Origin: the human T2T-CHM13v2.0 reference genome, Homo sapiens
Assembly (NCBI RefSeq): GCF_009914755.1
Contig: NC_060929.1
DNA: 64,000 nucleotides
Reading direction: 5' to 3' (one strand)
The notes beneath the pieces are model-generated. The model saw nothing but the letters and a program-made list of their open reading frames with translations. It ran no database searches and was not told the origin of the DNA. A program made the translations under genes and the position numbers. This document shows, in pieces, positions 1 through 11,177 of the stretch. The number at the start of each line of letters is the position of its first letter. Within the stretch, counting starts at the first letter, position 1.

Positions 1-300
1 TCCTGTTTCACTAGTTTGCAGCTGTTATTTGGTGCAGACACATTTACAATTGCTGTGTCTTTTTGGTGGACTGACCCTATATTATTACATAATATCTCTC
101 CTTGACTCTGGTACTTTTCTTTGCTCTGAAGTATGCTTTATGTGATATCAATATAGCCACTCCTACTTTCTTTTGGTTAATTATTACATCATATATCTTT
201 TTTCATTCTTTTATTTTCAACTTGCCTATTATTATACTTGAAGTGAGTTTCTTGTAGAAAGCATATACGCAGTTCATATTTTCTAATCCATTCTGCCAGT
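1..300 (-). mobile_element. Old L1M fragment, interrupted by the L1PA insertion
   Basis: Degenerate L1 endonuclease-region antisense sequence (gatatcaatatagccactcctactttc); resumes after 6650. Confidence 0.7.
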
Positions 301-557
301 CAAAATACAATGTTGTAGATATTTATGTTTTGTTATTTTGTTTGTTTGTTTTTACTATACTTTACGTTCTGGGATACATGTGCAGAATGTGCAGGTTTGT
401 TACATAGGTATACACATGCCATGGTGGTTTGCTGCACCCATCAACCCATCATCTACATTAGGTATTTCTCCTAATGCTATCCCTCCCCCAGCCCCCCACC
501 CCCAGACAGACCCCAGTGTGTGATGTTCCCCTCCCTGTGTCCATGTGTTCTCATTGT

Positions 558-3500
558 TCGACTCCCACTTATGAGTGAGAACATGCAGTGTTTGGTTTTC
601 TGTTCCTGTGTTAGTTTGCTGAGAATGATAGTTTCCAGCTTCATCCATGTCCCTGCAAAGGACATGAACTCATCCTTTTTAATGGCTGCATAGTATTACA
701 TGGTGTATAGGTGCCATATTTTCTTTATCCAGTCTATCATTGATGGGCATTTGAATCAGCTCCAAGTCTTTGCTATCATGAATAGTGCTGCAATAAACAT
801 ACGTGAGCATGTGTCTTTACAGTAGAATGATTTATATCCTTTGGGTATATGCCCAGTAATGGGATTGCTAGGTCAAATGGTATTTCTGGTTCTACATCCT
901 TGAGGAATTGCCACACTGTCTTCCACAATGGTTGAACTAATTTACACTCCCACCAACAGCGTAAAAGTGTTCCTTTTTCTCCACATCCTCTCCAGCATCT
1001 GTTGTTTCCTAACTTTTTAATAATCACCATTCTAACTGGCATGAGATGCTATCTCACTGTGGTTTTGATTTGCATTTCTCTAATGATCAGTGATGATGAG
1101 CTTTTTTTCATATGCTTGTTAGCTGCATAAATGTCTTCTTTTGAGAAGTGTCTGTTCATATACTTTGCCCACTTTTTGATGGGGTTGTTTGATTTTTTTC
1201 TTGTAAATTTGTTTAAGTTCTTTGTAGATTCTGGATATTACCCTTTGTCAGATGGATTGCAAAAATTTTTTCCCATTCTGTAGGCTGCCTGTTCACTCTG
1301 ATGATAGTTTCTTTTGCTGTGCAGAAGCTCGTTAGTTTAATTAGATCCCATCTGGCAATTTTGGCTTTTGTTGCCATGGCTTTTGGTGTTTTAGTCATGA
1401 AGTCTTCTCCCATACCTATGTCCTAAATAGTATTGCCTAGGTTTTCTTCCAGAGTTTTTACGGTTTTTGGTCTTACATTTAAGTCTTTAATCCATCTTCA
1501 GTTAATTTTTGTATAAGGTGTAAGGAAGGGGTCCAGTTTCAGTTTTCTACATATGGCTAGCCAGTTTTCCCAACACCATTTATGAAATAGGGAATCCTTT
1601 CCCCATTGCTTGTTTTTGTCAGGTTTGTCAAAGATCAGATGGTTGTAGATATGTGGCATTATTTCTGAGGCCTCTGTTCTGTTCCATTGGCCTATATATC
1701 TATTTTGGTACCAGTACCATGCAGTTTTGGTTACTGTGGCCTTGTAGTATAGTTTGAAGTCAGGTAGCATGATGCCTCTAGCTTTGCTCTTTTTGCTTGG
1801 GATTGTCTTGGCTATACAGGCTCCTTTTTGGTTCCATATGAAATTTAAAGTAGTTTTTTCTAATTCTGTGAATAAAGTCAACGGTAGCTTGATGGGGACA
1901 GCATTGAATCTATAAATCACTTTGGGCAGTACGGCCATTTCTACAATATTGATTCTTCCCATCCATGAGCCTGAAACACTCCATTTGTGTCCTCTCCTAT
2001 CTCCATTGAGCAGTGGCCTGCAGCTCTCCTCGAAAAGGTCCTTCACATCCCCTGTAAATTGTATTCCTAGATATTCTATTCTCCTTGTAGCAATTGTGAA
2101 TGGGCGTTCACTCACGAATTGGCTCACTGTTTGTCTATTATTGGTGTATAGGAATGCCTGCAATTCTTGCACATTGATTTTGTATCCCGAGACTTTGCCG
2201 AAATTGCTCACCAGCCTAAGGAGATCTCGGGTTGAGACAATGGGGTTTTCCAAATACACAATCATGTCATCTGCAAACAGAGACAATTTGACTTCCTCTC
2301 TTCCTGTCTGAACACCCCCCATTTCTTTCTCCTACCTGATTGCCCTGGGCAGAACTTCCAATACTATGTTGAGTAGGAGTGGTGAGAGAGAGCACCCCTG
2401 TCTTGTGCTGGTTTTCAAAGCCCCTGACCATTCAGCATGACATTGGCTGTGGGTTTGTCATAAACAGCACCCTTTATTTTGAGATACATATGATCAATAC
2501 CTAGTTTATTGAGAGTTTCCTGCATGAAGGGGTGCCAAACTCCATCAAAGGCCCTCTCCGCATCCACTAAGACGATCATGTGGCCTTTGTCACTGGCTCT
2601 GCCCATGTGATGGACCACGTTCATCGATCTGCTTATGTTGAACCAGCCTTGCACCCCAGGGATGAAGCTGACCCAATCATGGTGGATAAGCTTCTTGATG
2701 TGCTGCTGAACTCGGCCCACCAGCATTTTACTGAAGATTTTCAAATCAATGTTCACCAGAGACACTGGCCCAAAATTTCCTTTTTCTGTTGTGTCTCTGC
2801 TAGGTCTTGGCACCAGGACGATTCTAGCCTCATAAAATGAGCTAGGGAGGAGTCCCTCTTTTTCCATTGTTCGGAACAGTTTCAGAAGGAATGGTACCAG
2901 CTCCTCTCTGCATCCCTGGTAGAATTTGGCTGTGAATCTGTCTGGTCCTGGGCTTTCCTTGGTTGGCAGGCTATTAATTACGACCTCAATTTCAGAACTT
3001 GTCATTGGTCTATTCAGGGATTCAACCTCCTCCCAGTTTAGTCCTCGGAGGGTGCATGCATCCAGGAATGTATCCACCTCTTCCAGACTTTCCAGTTTAT
3101 TTGCACAGAGGTGTTTATAGTATTCTCTGACGGTAGTTCGTATCTCTGTGAGATCAATGGTGACATCCCCTCCATCATTCTCTATTGTGTCCATTTGATT
3201 CTTCTCTCCTGTGTTCCCTATTAATCCAGCTAGCGGTCCATCTATTTTGTTAGTCTTTTCAAAAAACCAGCTCCTGGATTCACTGACTTTTTGAAGGGTT
3301 TTTCGTGTTTTTATCTCCCTCACTTCCGCTCTGATCCTAGTTATTTCTTGTCTTCAGCTAGCTTTTGAATCTGCCTGCCCCCGCTTCTCTAACTTTTTTA
3401 ATTGTGATGTTAGAGTGTTGATTTTAGACCTTTCCCACTTTCTTCTGTGGGCATTTGGTGCTATAAATTTCCCTCTAAACACTGCTTCAGCTGCATTCCA

Positions 3501-4217
3501 GAGATTCTGGTACATTGTGTCTTTGTTCTCATTGGTCTCCAAGAACTTATTTCTGCCTTAATTTCATTATTTATCCAGTAGTCATTCAGGAGCAGGTTGT
3601 TCAGTTTCCGTGTAGTTGTGTGATTTTGAGTGAGTTTCTTAATCCTGAGTTCTAATATGATTGCACTGTGGTCTGAGAGACTGTTTGTCATGATTTCTGT
3701 TCTTTTGCATTTGCTGAGGAGTGTTTTACTTCCAATTACGTGGTCGATTTTAGAATAAGTGTGATGTGGTGCTGAGAAGAATGTATATTCTGTTGATTTG
3801 GGGTGAAGAGTTCTGTAGATGTCTATTAGCTCTGCTTGGTCCACAGCTGAGTTCAAGTCCTGAATATCCTTGTTAATTTTCTGTCTTGTTGATCTGTGTA
3901 ACATTGACAGTGGGATGTTAAAGTCTCCCACTATTATTGTGTGGGAGTCTAAGCCTCTTTGGAGGTCTCTAAGAATTTGCTTTATGAATCTGGGTGCTCC
4001 TGTATTGGGTGCATATATATTTAGGATAGTTAGCTCTTCTTGTTGCATTGATCCCCAGACTATGTGTGTCTTTGCACGTGAGATGGGTCTCCTCAATACA
4101 GCACACCAATGGGTCTTGACTCTTTATCCAATTTGCCAGTCTGCGTCTTTTAATTGGGGCAGTTAGCCCGTTTACATTTAAGGTTAATATTGTTATGTGT
4201 GAATTTGATCCTGTCAT
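558..4217 (-). pseudogene. L1 ORF2p remnant (endonuclease, reverse transcriptase, Cys-rich domain), disrupted and A-to-G hypermutated
   Basis: MTGSNSHITILTLNVNGL start; VGDFN and SDH endonuclease motifs; [11 protein letters not shown] motif; [18 protein letters not shown]; several stops, frameshifts and deletions. Confidence 0.95.
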
Positions 4218-4280
4218 TATGATGCTAGCTGTTTATTTTGCCTGTTAGTTGATGCAGTTTCTTCATAGTGTTGATAGTCT

Positions 4281-5313
4281 TTACAATTTGGTATGTTTTT
4301 GCAGTGGCTGGTACCAGTTGTTCCTTTCCATATTTAGTGCTTCTTTCAGGAGTTCTTGTAAGGTAGGCCTGGTGGTGACAAAATCTCTCAGCATTTGCTT
4401 GTCTGTAAAGGATTTTATTTCTCCTTTGCTTATGAAGCTTAGTTTGGCTGGATATGAAATTCTGGGTTGAAAATTCTTTTCTTTAAGAATGTTGAATATT
4501 AGTCTCCAGTCTCTTCTGGCTTGTAGGGTTTCTGCAGAGAGGTCCACTGTTAGTCTGATGGGCTTCCCTTTGGGGGTAACCTGACCTTTCTCTCTGGCTG
4601 CCCTTAACATTTTTACCTTCATTTCAACCTTAGTGAATCCGACAATTAAGTGTCTTGGGGTTGCTCTTCTTGAGGAGTATCTTCATGGTGTTCTCTGTTC
4701 TCTGTATTTCCTGAATTTGAATGTTGGCCTGTCTTGCTAGGCTGGGGAAGTTCTCCTGGATAATATCCTGAAGAGTGTTTTCCAGCTTGGTTCCATTCTC
4801 CCTGTCACTTCCAGGTACACCAATCAAATGTAGGTTTGGTCTTTTCACATAGTCCCACATTTCTTGGAGGCTTTGTTCATTACTTTTCATTTTTTTTTCT
4901 CTAATCTTGTCTTCACACTTTATTTCATTAAGTTGATCTTCAATCTTTGATAGCCTTTCTTCTGCTTGATTGATTCGGCTATTGATACTTGTGTACGCTT
5001 CACGAAGTTCTCATGCTGTGTTTTTCAGCTCCATCAGGTAATTTACGTTCTTCTCTAAACTGGTTATTCTAGTTAGCAATTCGTCTAACCTTTTTTCAAG
5101 GTTCTTAGCTTCCTTGCATTGGATTAGAACATGCTCCTTTAGCTCAGAGGAGTTTGTTATTACCCACCCTCTGAAGCCTACTTCTGTTCAATTTGTCAAA
5201 TTCATTCTGTGTCCAGTTTTGTTCCCTTGCTGGCAAGGAGGTGTGATCCTTTGGAAGAGAAGAAGCATTCTGATTTTTGGAATTTTCAGGCTTTTGCGCT
5301 GGTTTTTCCTCAC
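4281..5313 (-). pseudogene. L1 ORF1p remnant (frameshifted; start codon reads GTG)
   Basis: ORF-track peptides ...NEQSLQEMWDYVKRPNL... and ...KMLRAAREKGQVT...NFQPRISYPAKLSF...YQPLQKHTKL; start region reads AAAG-GTG-AGGAAAAAC. Confidence 0.92.
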
Positions 5314-6009
5314 CTTTGTGGATTTATCTACCTTTGGTCTTTGATGTTGGTGACCTTCGGATGGGGTTTTTGTGTGGACCTCCTTTTTCTTGATGTTGAT
5401 GCTATTTCTTTCTGTTTGTTACAGTCAGGCCCCTCTGCTGCAGGTTTGCTGGAGTTTGCTGGAAGTCCACTCCAGATTCTGTGTGCCTGGGTATCTCCAG
5501 CAGAGACTGCAGAACAGCAAAGATTGCTGCCTTTTCCTTCCTCTGGAAGCTTCATCCCAGAGGGGCACCTGCCATATGCCAGCCAGAGCTCTCCTGCATG
5601 AGGTGTCTGTTGACCCCTGCTGGGAGATGTCCCCCAGTCAAGAGGCAGGAGGGTCAGGAACCCACTTGAGGAGGCAGTCTGTCCCGTAGCAGAGCTCAAG
5701 CACTGTGCTGAAAGATCCACTCCTCTCTTCAGAGCCGGCAGGCAGGAAGGTTTAAGTCTGCTAAAGCTGCACCCACAGCCGCCCCTTCCCCCAGGTGCTC
5801 TGTCCCAGGGAGATGGGAGTTTTATCTATAAGCCCCTGACTGGGGCTACTGCCTTTCTTTCATAGATGCCCTGCCCAGAGAGGAGGAATCTAGAGAGACA
5901 GTCTGGCTACAGCGGCTTTGCCAAGCTTTGGTAGGCTCCACTGAGTTCGAACCTCCCCGGAGGCTTTGTTTACACTGTGAGGGGAAAACCGTGTACTCAA
6001 GCCTCAGTA

Positions 6010-6150
6010 ATGGCAGATACTCCTCCCCCCAGCAAGCTTGAGCATCCCAGGTCAACTTCAGACTGCTGTGCTGGCAGCAAAGTTTCAAGCCAGTGGGTAT
6101 TAGCTTTCTGGGTTCTGTGGGGGTGGGATCCACTGAGCTGGACCACTTGA
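6010..6150 (+). pseudogene. L1 ORF0-like antisense ORF (46 aa, MADTPPPSKLEHPRSTSDCCAGS...)
   Basis: Hand translation; position in the L1 5'UTR and N-terminus resemble L1 ORF0 (MAGAPPP...SDCCAS). Confidence 0.65.
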
Positions 6151-6912
6151 CTCCCTGGCTTCAGCCCCCTTTCCAGGGGAGTGCACGCTTCTGTCTTGCT
6201 GGCGTTCCAGGCGCCACTGAGGTATGAAAAAAAACTCCTGCAGCTAGCTCTGTGTCTGCCCAAATGGCTGCCCAGTTTTATGCATGAAACCCAGGGCCCT
6301 GGTGGAGTAGAGACCCAAGGGAATCTCCTGGTCTGCAGGTTGCAAAGACTGTGGGAAAAGCATAGTATCTGGGCCAGAATGCACCATTCCTCATGGCACA
6401 GTCCCTCACGGCTTCCCTTGACTAGGGGAGGGAGTTCCCCGACCCGCTGTGCTTCCCGGGTGAGGTAACACCCCACCCTGCTTCGACTCGCCCTCCGTGG
6501 GCTGAACCCACTATCTAACCAGTCCCAATGAGATGAGCCAAGTACCTCAGGTGGAAATGCAGAAATCACTCACCCTTCTGCATTGATCTCACTGGGAGCT
6601 GCAGACTGGAGCTGTTCCTATTCAGCCATCTTGCCACCCACCTCCAACAATCCTTTATTCCATTTATGTTGAATGTAATTACAGATATGTTAGAGCTTAA
6701 GTCAGTTATTTTGTATTTTGTTTTCTGTCTATTCTCTCTGTTGTTCATTTCTCTGTTTTCTTTTCCTTATCTTCTTGTGGGTTACTTCCGGTGGGTTACT
6801 TTTTAGAATTCCATATTAATTTTTGTTTTTGAGTGTATCTATTTCTTTTTCACTAGTTGCTTTAGGTATTAAAAGTATACATATTTTTATAACTTAAATT
6901 TTTTCATATATT

Positions 6913-7202
6913 TGCTATGGTTTAAATGTGTCCCTTCCAAAATTCAGGCGTTGCCAATGTGACGGTATTAGGTAGTAAAGTCTTTAAGAGGTAATTAAGT
7001 CATGAAAGTTCTTCCTCATTAATGTTATTAAGGCCCTTATGAAAGAGGCTTCATGCAACAAGATGGTCCTCAGCAGATACCAGATGCCAATGCCTTGATC
7101 TAGGACTTCCCAGTTTCCAGAACTGTGAGAAAATAAATTTCAGTTTATTCTAAATTACTCAGTCTCAGGTACTGTGATATAACAGCATAAGCAGACTAAG
7201 TC
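6913..7202 (+). mobile_element. MaLR solo LTR (MST-like)
   Basis: Starts tgctatggtttaaatgtgtccc; contains gacttcccagtttccagaactgtgagaaaataaattt; ends gcagactaag. Confidence 0.8.
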
Positions 7203-7844
7203 AATATCGATATCAAACCTATCCTAGTGTACTTGTGGTGTAATTTTGCCAGTTCAAGTGAAGTGTAGAAACCTTATTTCCCTTTATAGCTCCTTACCTT
7301 TTTCCTTTTATAATATGATTGCTCAAGTATTCTCTCTACCAAATCAGATGTTAAAATTTCTGCTTTAACCTTCAAATATAATTTAGAAAACTCAAGAGGA
7401 GAAGGGAAGCCTATTATATTTACTCATATTTTTACTTAGTGTTTTCTTGGTTCTTAATGTTCCAATATTCTTTCTTTCATAATTTCCTTTCTGTAGCCAT
7501 GCTTTTAGAAAAAAAACTGCTAGTGACAAAATCTCTTAGTTTCCCTTCATCTGAGAATGTCATGATTTCCCCTCCATTCCTAAAGGATATTTTTGCTGGA
7601 TATTGGATTTGGGTTGACAATTTTTTCCTCTCAACACTTGAAAGATGTTGTGTCACTTCCTTATGGAGTCCATGGTTTCTGATGTAAGATCCACTGTCAT
7701 TCAAATTGCTTTTCCCTTACAAGTAAGGTGTCATTTCTTGCTCTCTGCTTTTAACAATTTTTTCTATGTTCTTAGTTTTCAAAAGTTGAATGATATATCC
7801 TGGCATGACTCTCTTTGAGTTTATCCTATTAGGTTTCATTTGTC

Positions 7845-9140
7845 TTTTTTTTAGTAACAGCTTTATTGAGATATAATTTTTAACCATAAAACTCACCCTT
7901 TTAAAGTTTATAATTCAGTGGTTTTTAGATTCACAACATTATGTAACCTCCACTATCTAACTTTAGAACACTTTAATCACCTAGAAAAGAAACCCTATAC
8001 TTATTAGTAATCACTATTTCCCTCCTTGACCCTTGGAAACCACTAATATGCTTTGTCTCTATATATCTGCTTATTTTAGACTTTCACATAATCATGTAAC
8101 ATGTGGCTTTTGTAACTGGCTTCTTTCACTTAAAGAAAGCATAATGCTTTCAAGGTTGATTCATACTGTAGCATGTATTAGCACTTTATTCCTTTTTAGT
8201 ATCAATTAATAGTCCATTGTATATATATACTATATTTTGTTTATTCATTAATCAATTGATGGACATTTGAGTTGTTCCACTTTTTGGACATTACAAATAA
8301 TTACAAATAATCCTGCTTTTTGTACCACTTTTTGTGTAGACATATGTTTTCATTTTTATTTGGAGTAGAATTCCTGAGTCATAGGGTAACTCTATATTTA
8401 ATTGTTTGAGGAACTGCCACAGTGTTTTCCAGAGCAGCTATAGCATTTTACATTCCCACCAGCAATGTACAGGGGTTCCAATTCCTCCATATCCTCCCCA
8501 ATACTTGTTATCTGTACTTCATATTATAGATACTCTAATGAGTGTGAAGTGGTATCTCCTTGTTTTGATTTGCATTTCCCTAATAGCTAATGATCTTGAG
8601 CTTCTTCTCATAAGCCTATTGGTCATTTGTATATCTTATTTGAAGAAATGTCTATACAGATCCTTTCTCCATTTTTAATTAGGTTGTTTTTTATTATTGA
8701 GGTGTAAGAGTTTTTTATCTATACTAAATATAAATCTCTTATTGGATATGTAATTTGCAAATATTTTCTCCCATTCTGTGTGCTGTCTTTTCATTTTCTT
8801 TCTTGGTGGTGCCATTTGAAGCATGAAAGTTTGAAATTTTGATGAAATCCAACCTGTTTACTTTTTCTTTTATTGCTTGCGTTTTTGGTGTCATATGTAG
8901 GAGGTCTTTTCCTAACTCCAGGTCACAAAAATTTAATTCCATGTTTACTTCTGATAATTTTATAGTTTTAGTGCTTATATTTTGTTCTATGATCCATTTT
9001 AAGTTAATTTTTGTATACAGTGTGAAGCAGACGTCCAATTTTGTTCTTTTACATGTGGATACCCTGTTGTTTCAGCACTATTTGTTAAAAAATAACTACC
9101 TTCTTCCCATTTAACTGTTTTGGCTCCTTTGTTGAAAATT
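7845..9140 (-). mobile_element. L1MB-type 3' fragment
   Basis: acagctttattgagatataatt 3' end; ORF 8739-9038 resembles the ORF2 C-terminus (LYTKINLKWI...MTPKTQAIKEKV). Confidence 0.85.
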
Positions 9141-10849
9141 CACTCAGCTTCTTGAATCTGTAGGTTTATCTCTTTCACCAAATTTCAGAAGTTTTCAGAC
9201 ATTATTTATTTGAGTATTTTTAGCCTCACCCTTTTTCTTTTCTCCCTCTAGGACTCTGATTTCATGAATGTTACATCTTTTGTTGTAGTCACTTAGTTCC
9301 ATGAGACTCTGTTCTTTTTAGTCTATTTTATCTCTTTTTTAGAGTGGATAATTTCTGTTGTTCTGTCTTCAAGTTCCTTGATTCATTCCTTTGTCTCCTT
9401 CGTTCTGTTACTCAATTCATTTAGTTTTTTATTTTGATTATTGTATTTCTCAGTTCTAAAATTTCCATTTGGTTTTTCTTTATGTCTTCTGCTTATTTAA
9501 TGAGACTTTCTATTTTTTTCATTTGTTTCAAGTGTTTTTGTAGTTGCTCACTGAAGCATTTTTATGATGTCTGCTTTAACATCTTTGTCAGATAATTCTA
9601 ACATCTTTGTCTTCTTGGTTTTGTCATTTATTAATGGTCTTTTTTCATACAGTTTGAGATCTTCCTAGTTCATGATATAATGAGTGATTTTCATAAAACC
9701 TGGACGTATGGGATATTTATGAGGTTTTGAATCTTATGAAAATCTCTTTTAGCTGGCTTTTTCTAACATGGTACTGGCAGGGGAAGTGGGTATGGGGAAC
9801 AGGCACCACCTCATTGTTGCCAAGTTGGAGGAGACATCCAAGTTCCTCATTTGGCCTCCACTGACACCCAGGATGGGAGACTCCTTGTTACTGGCTTGTG
9901 ATGATGAAAGTACTGGTTCTTTATTTGACCTTCTCTGACACCACCCTGGGAAGGAGGGCTTAGGGCACCTCTAAATAATTATTTAAATATTTTTCCATAA
10001 TGCTAACCTGAAGATGTTTCAGTGTAAGGCAATTCTTTAAACTACCTAATAGTCTGGTGAGGGTGGGGATCTAGGCTATCCACTAGGACTTTGCTGACAT
10101 GAGTAGGATGGGGTCACAATTCTGTCTGTAGTTTTGCCTAGAGTATGCAATTATTGTCAAAAAGTTTTCTGTCTGCCATACTCCTTTTCTGGCCCTTCAG
10201 CTGGAGCAGTGTTTTGATGGGGCCTTTTTAGTCTGTGCCATTGGTGTTTCTAGGTTGCTGATGTGTAAAGTTTCAAGTCTCTAAAGACTCTAAAGCAAAA
10301 AGAAAACACAGGCAATTAACCATCATGTTGTTCCTTGGGTTCCAAGGTCTCTAGTTGATCTGTCTTCTTTCCACCATTTGGAGACCTTTATGTTTGTTTT
10401 ATACATAATGTTCAGAAGTTTTAATTATACTTAGTGGGAGGAATAGGGACAAGCATATCTATTCCAACTTCCCAAAAGTGGAAATCTAAGTAGACCTTTT
10501 TATAAGCAGAATCATATTATAATCACTAGGACATATTAATACTTAAAGGAGATTTGAAGTTAATTTTTCCCAGTTAATAACTCCCTAATTTATATTTTTA
10601 AGAATTCAAACTTTATATATTGGGTTTACTTTAAATGAGAAATGCCTGTAGATTATTTACACATTTCTGAATATTGACTACAATTGTCCTCTTCAATATT
10701 TTAATTAAATTCTTCCAAATAATTACTGAAACTTTTTTTCATAATGTCAACCTGAAGATGTTTCAGTGTAAGGCAATTCTTTAAACTACCTAATGTGAAA
10801 TAATTGTCTTCCAGAAGTATAAATGGTGACAATATTTTAGAAGATCCTA

Positions 10850-11177
10850 TTCTATTTTATTTGTTTATTTTTATTTTTTCATTTATTTTTGAGACGAAGT
10901 CTTCCTCTGTCACCCAGGCTGGAGTGCAAATGAATGGCCTGATCTTGGCTCACCGCAACCTCTGCCTCCCAGGTTCAAGCAATTCTCCTGCCTCAGCCTG
11001 CTGAGTAGCTAGAATTACAGGCGCCCGCCACCATGCCCAGCTAATTTTTGTATTTTTAGTAGAGACGAGGTTTCACCATGTTGGCCAGGCTGGCCTCAAA
11101 CTCCTGACCTCAGGTAATCCGCCCATCTCGGCCTCCCAAAGTGCTGGGATTACAGGCGTGAGCCACTGCGCCCAGGC
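10850..11177 (-). mobile_element. AluS with TSD-like TATTCTATTTT flanks
   Basis: Dimeric Alu in antisense; duplicated flank. Confidence 0.95.

Larger units (their letters stand above)
330..6645 (-). mobile_element. Full-length LINE-1, primate L1PA type (about L1PA7-like), inactive
   Basis: 5' start GGAGG...CAAGATGGCTGAATAGGAACAGCTCC at ~6645; 5'UTR, ORF1, ORF2, G-rich 3'UTR and degenerate poly(A) tail at ~325-355; no clear TSD seen. Confidence 0.97.
6650..10490 (-). mobile_element. Old L1M element (ORF1 and 5' region) broken by nested insertions
   Basis: ORF 7477-7704 IQYPAKISFRNGGEIMTFSDEGKLRDFVTS is ORF1-like; T-rich L1M sequence resumes ~9140-10490. Confidence 0.75.

Noticed and set aside
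1922-3120. Plus-strand ORFs antisense to L1 ORF2
   Set aside because: Antisense shadows of L1, probably lengthened by T>C changes removing stops; no recognisable protein.
1690-3500. APOBEC3 editing as the cause of the hypermutation
   Set aside because: APOBEC3 gives G>A on the sense strand; here the consensus has A and this copy has G.
330-6645. Possibility that the L1 is active
   Set aside because: ORF1 and ORF2 both carry frameshifts, stops and deletions, and the 5'UTR is CpG-depleted.
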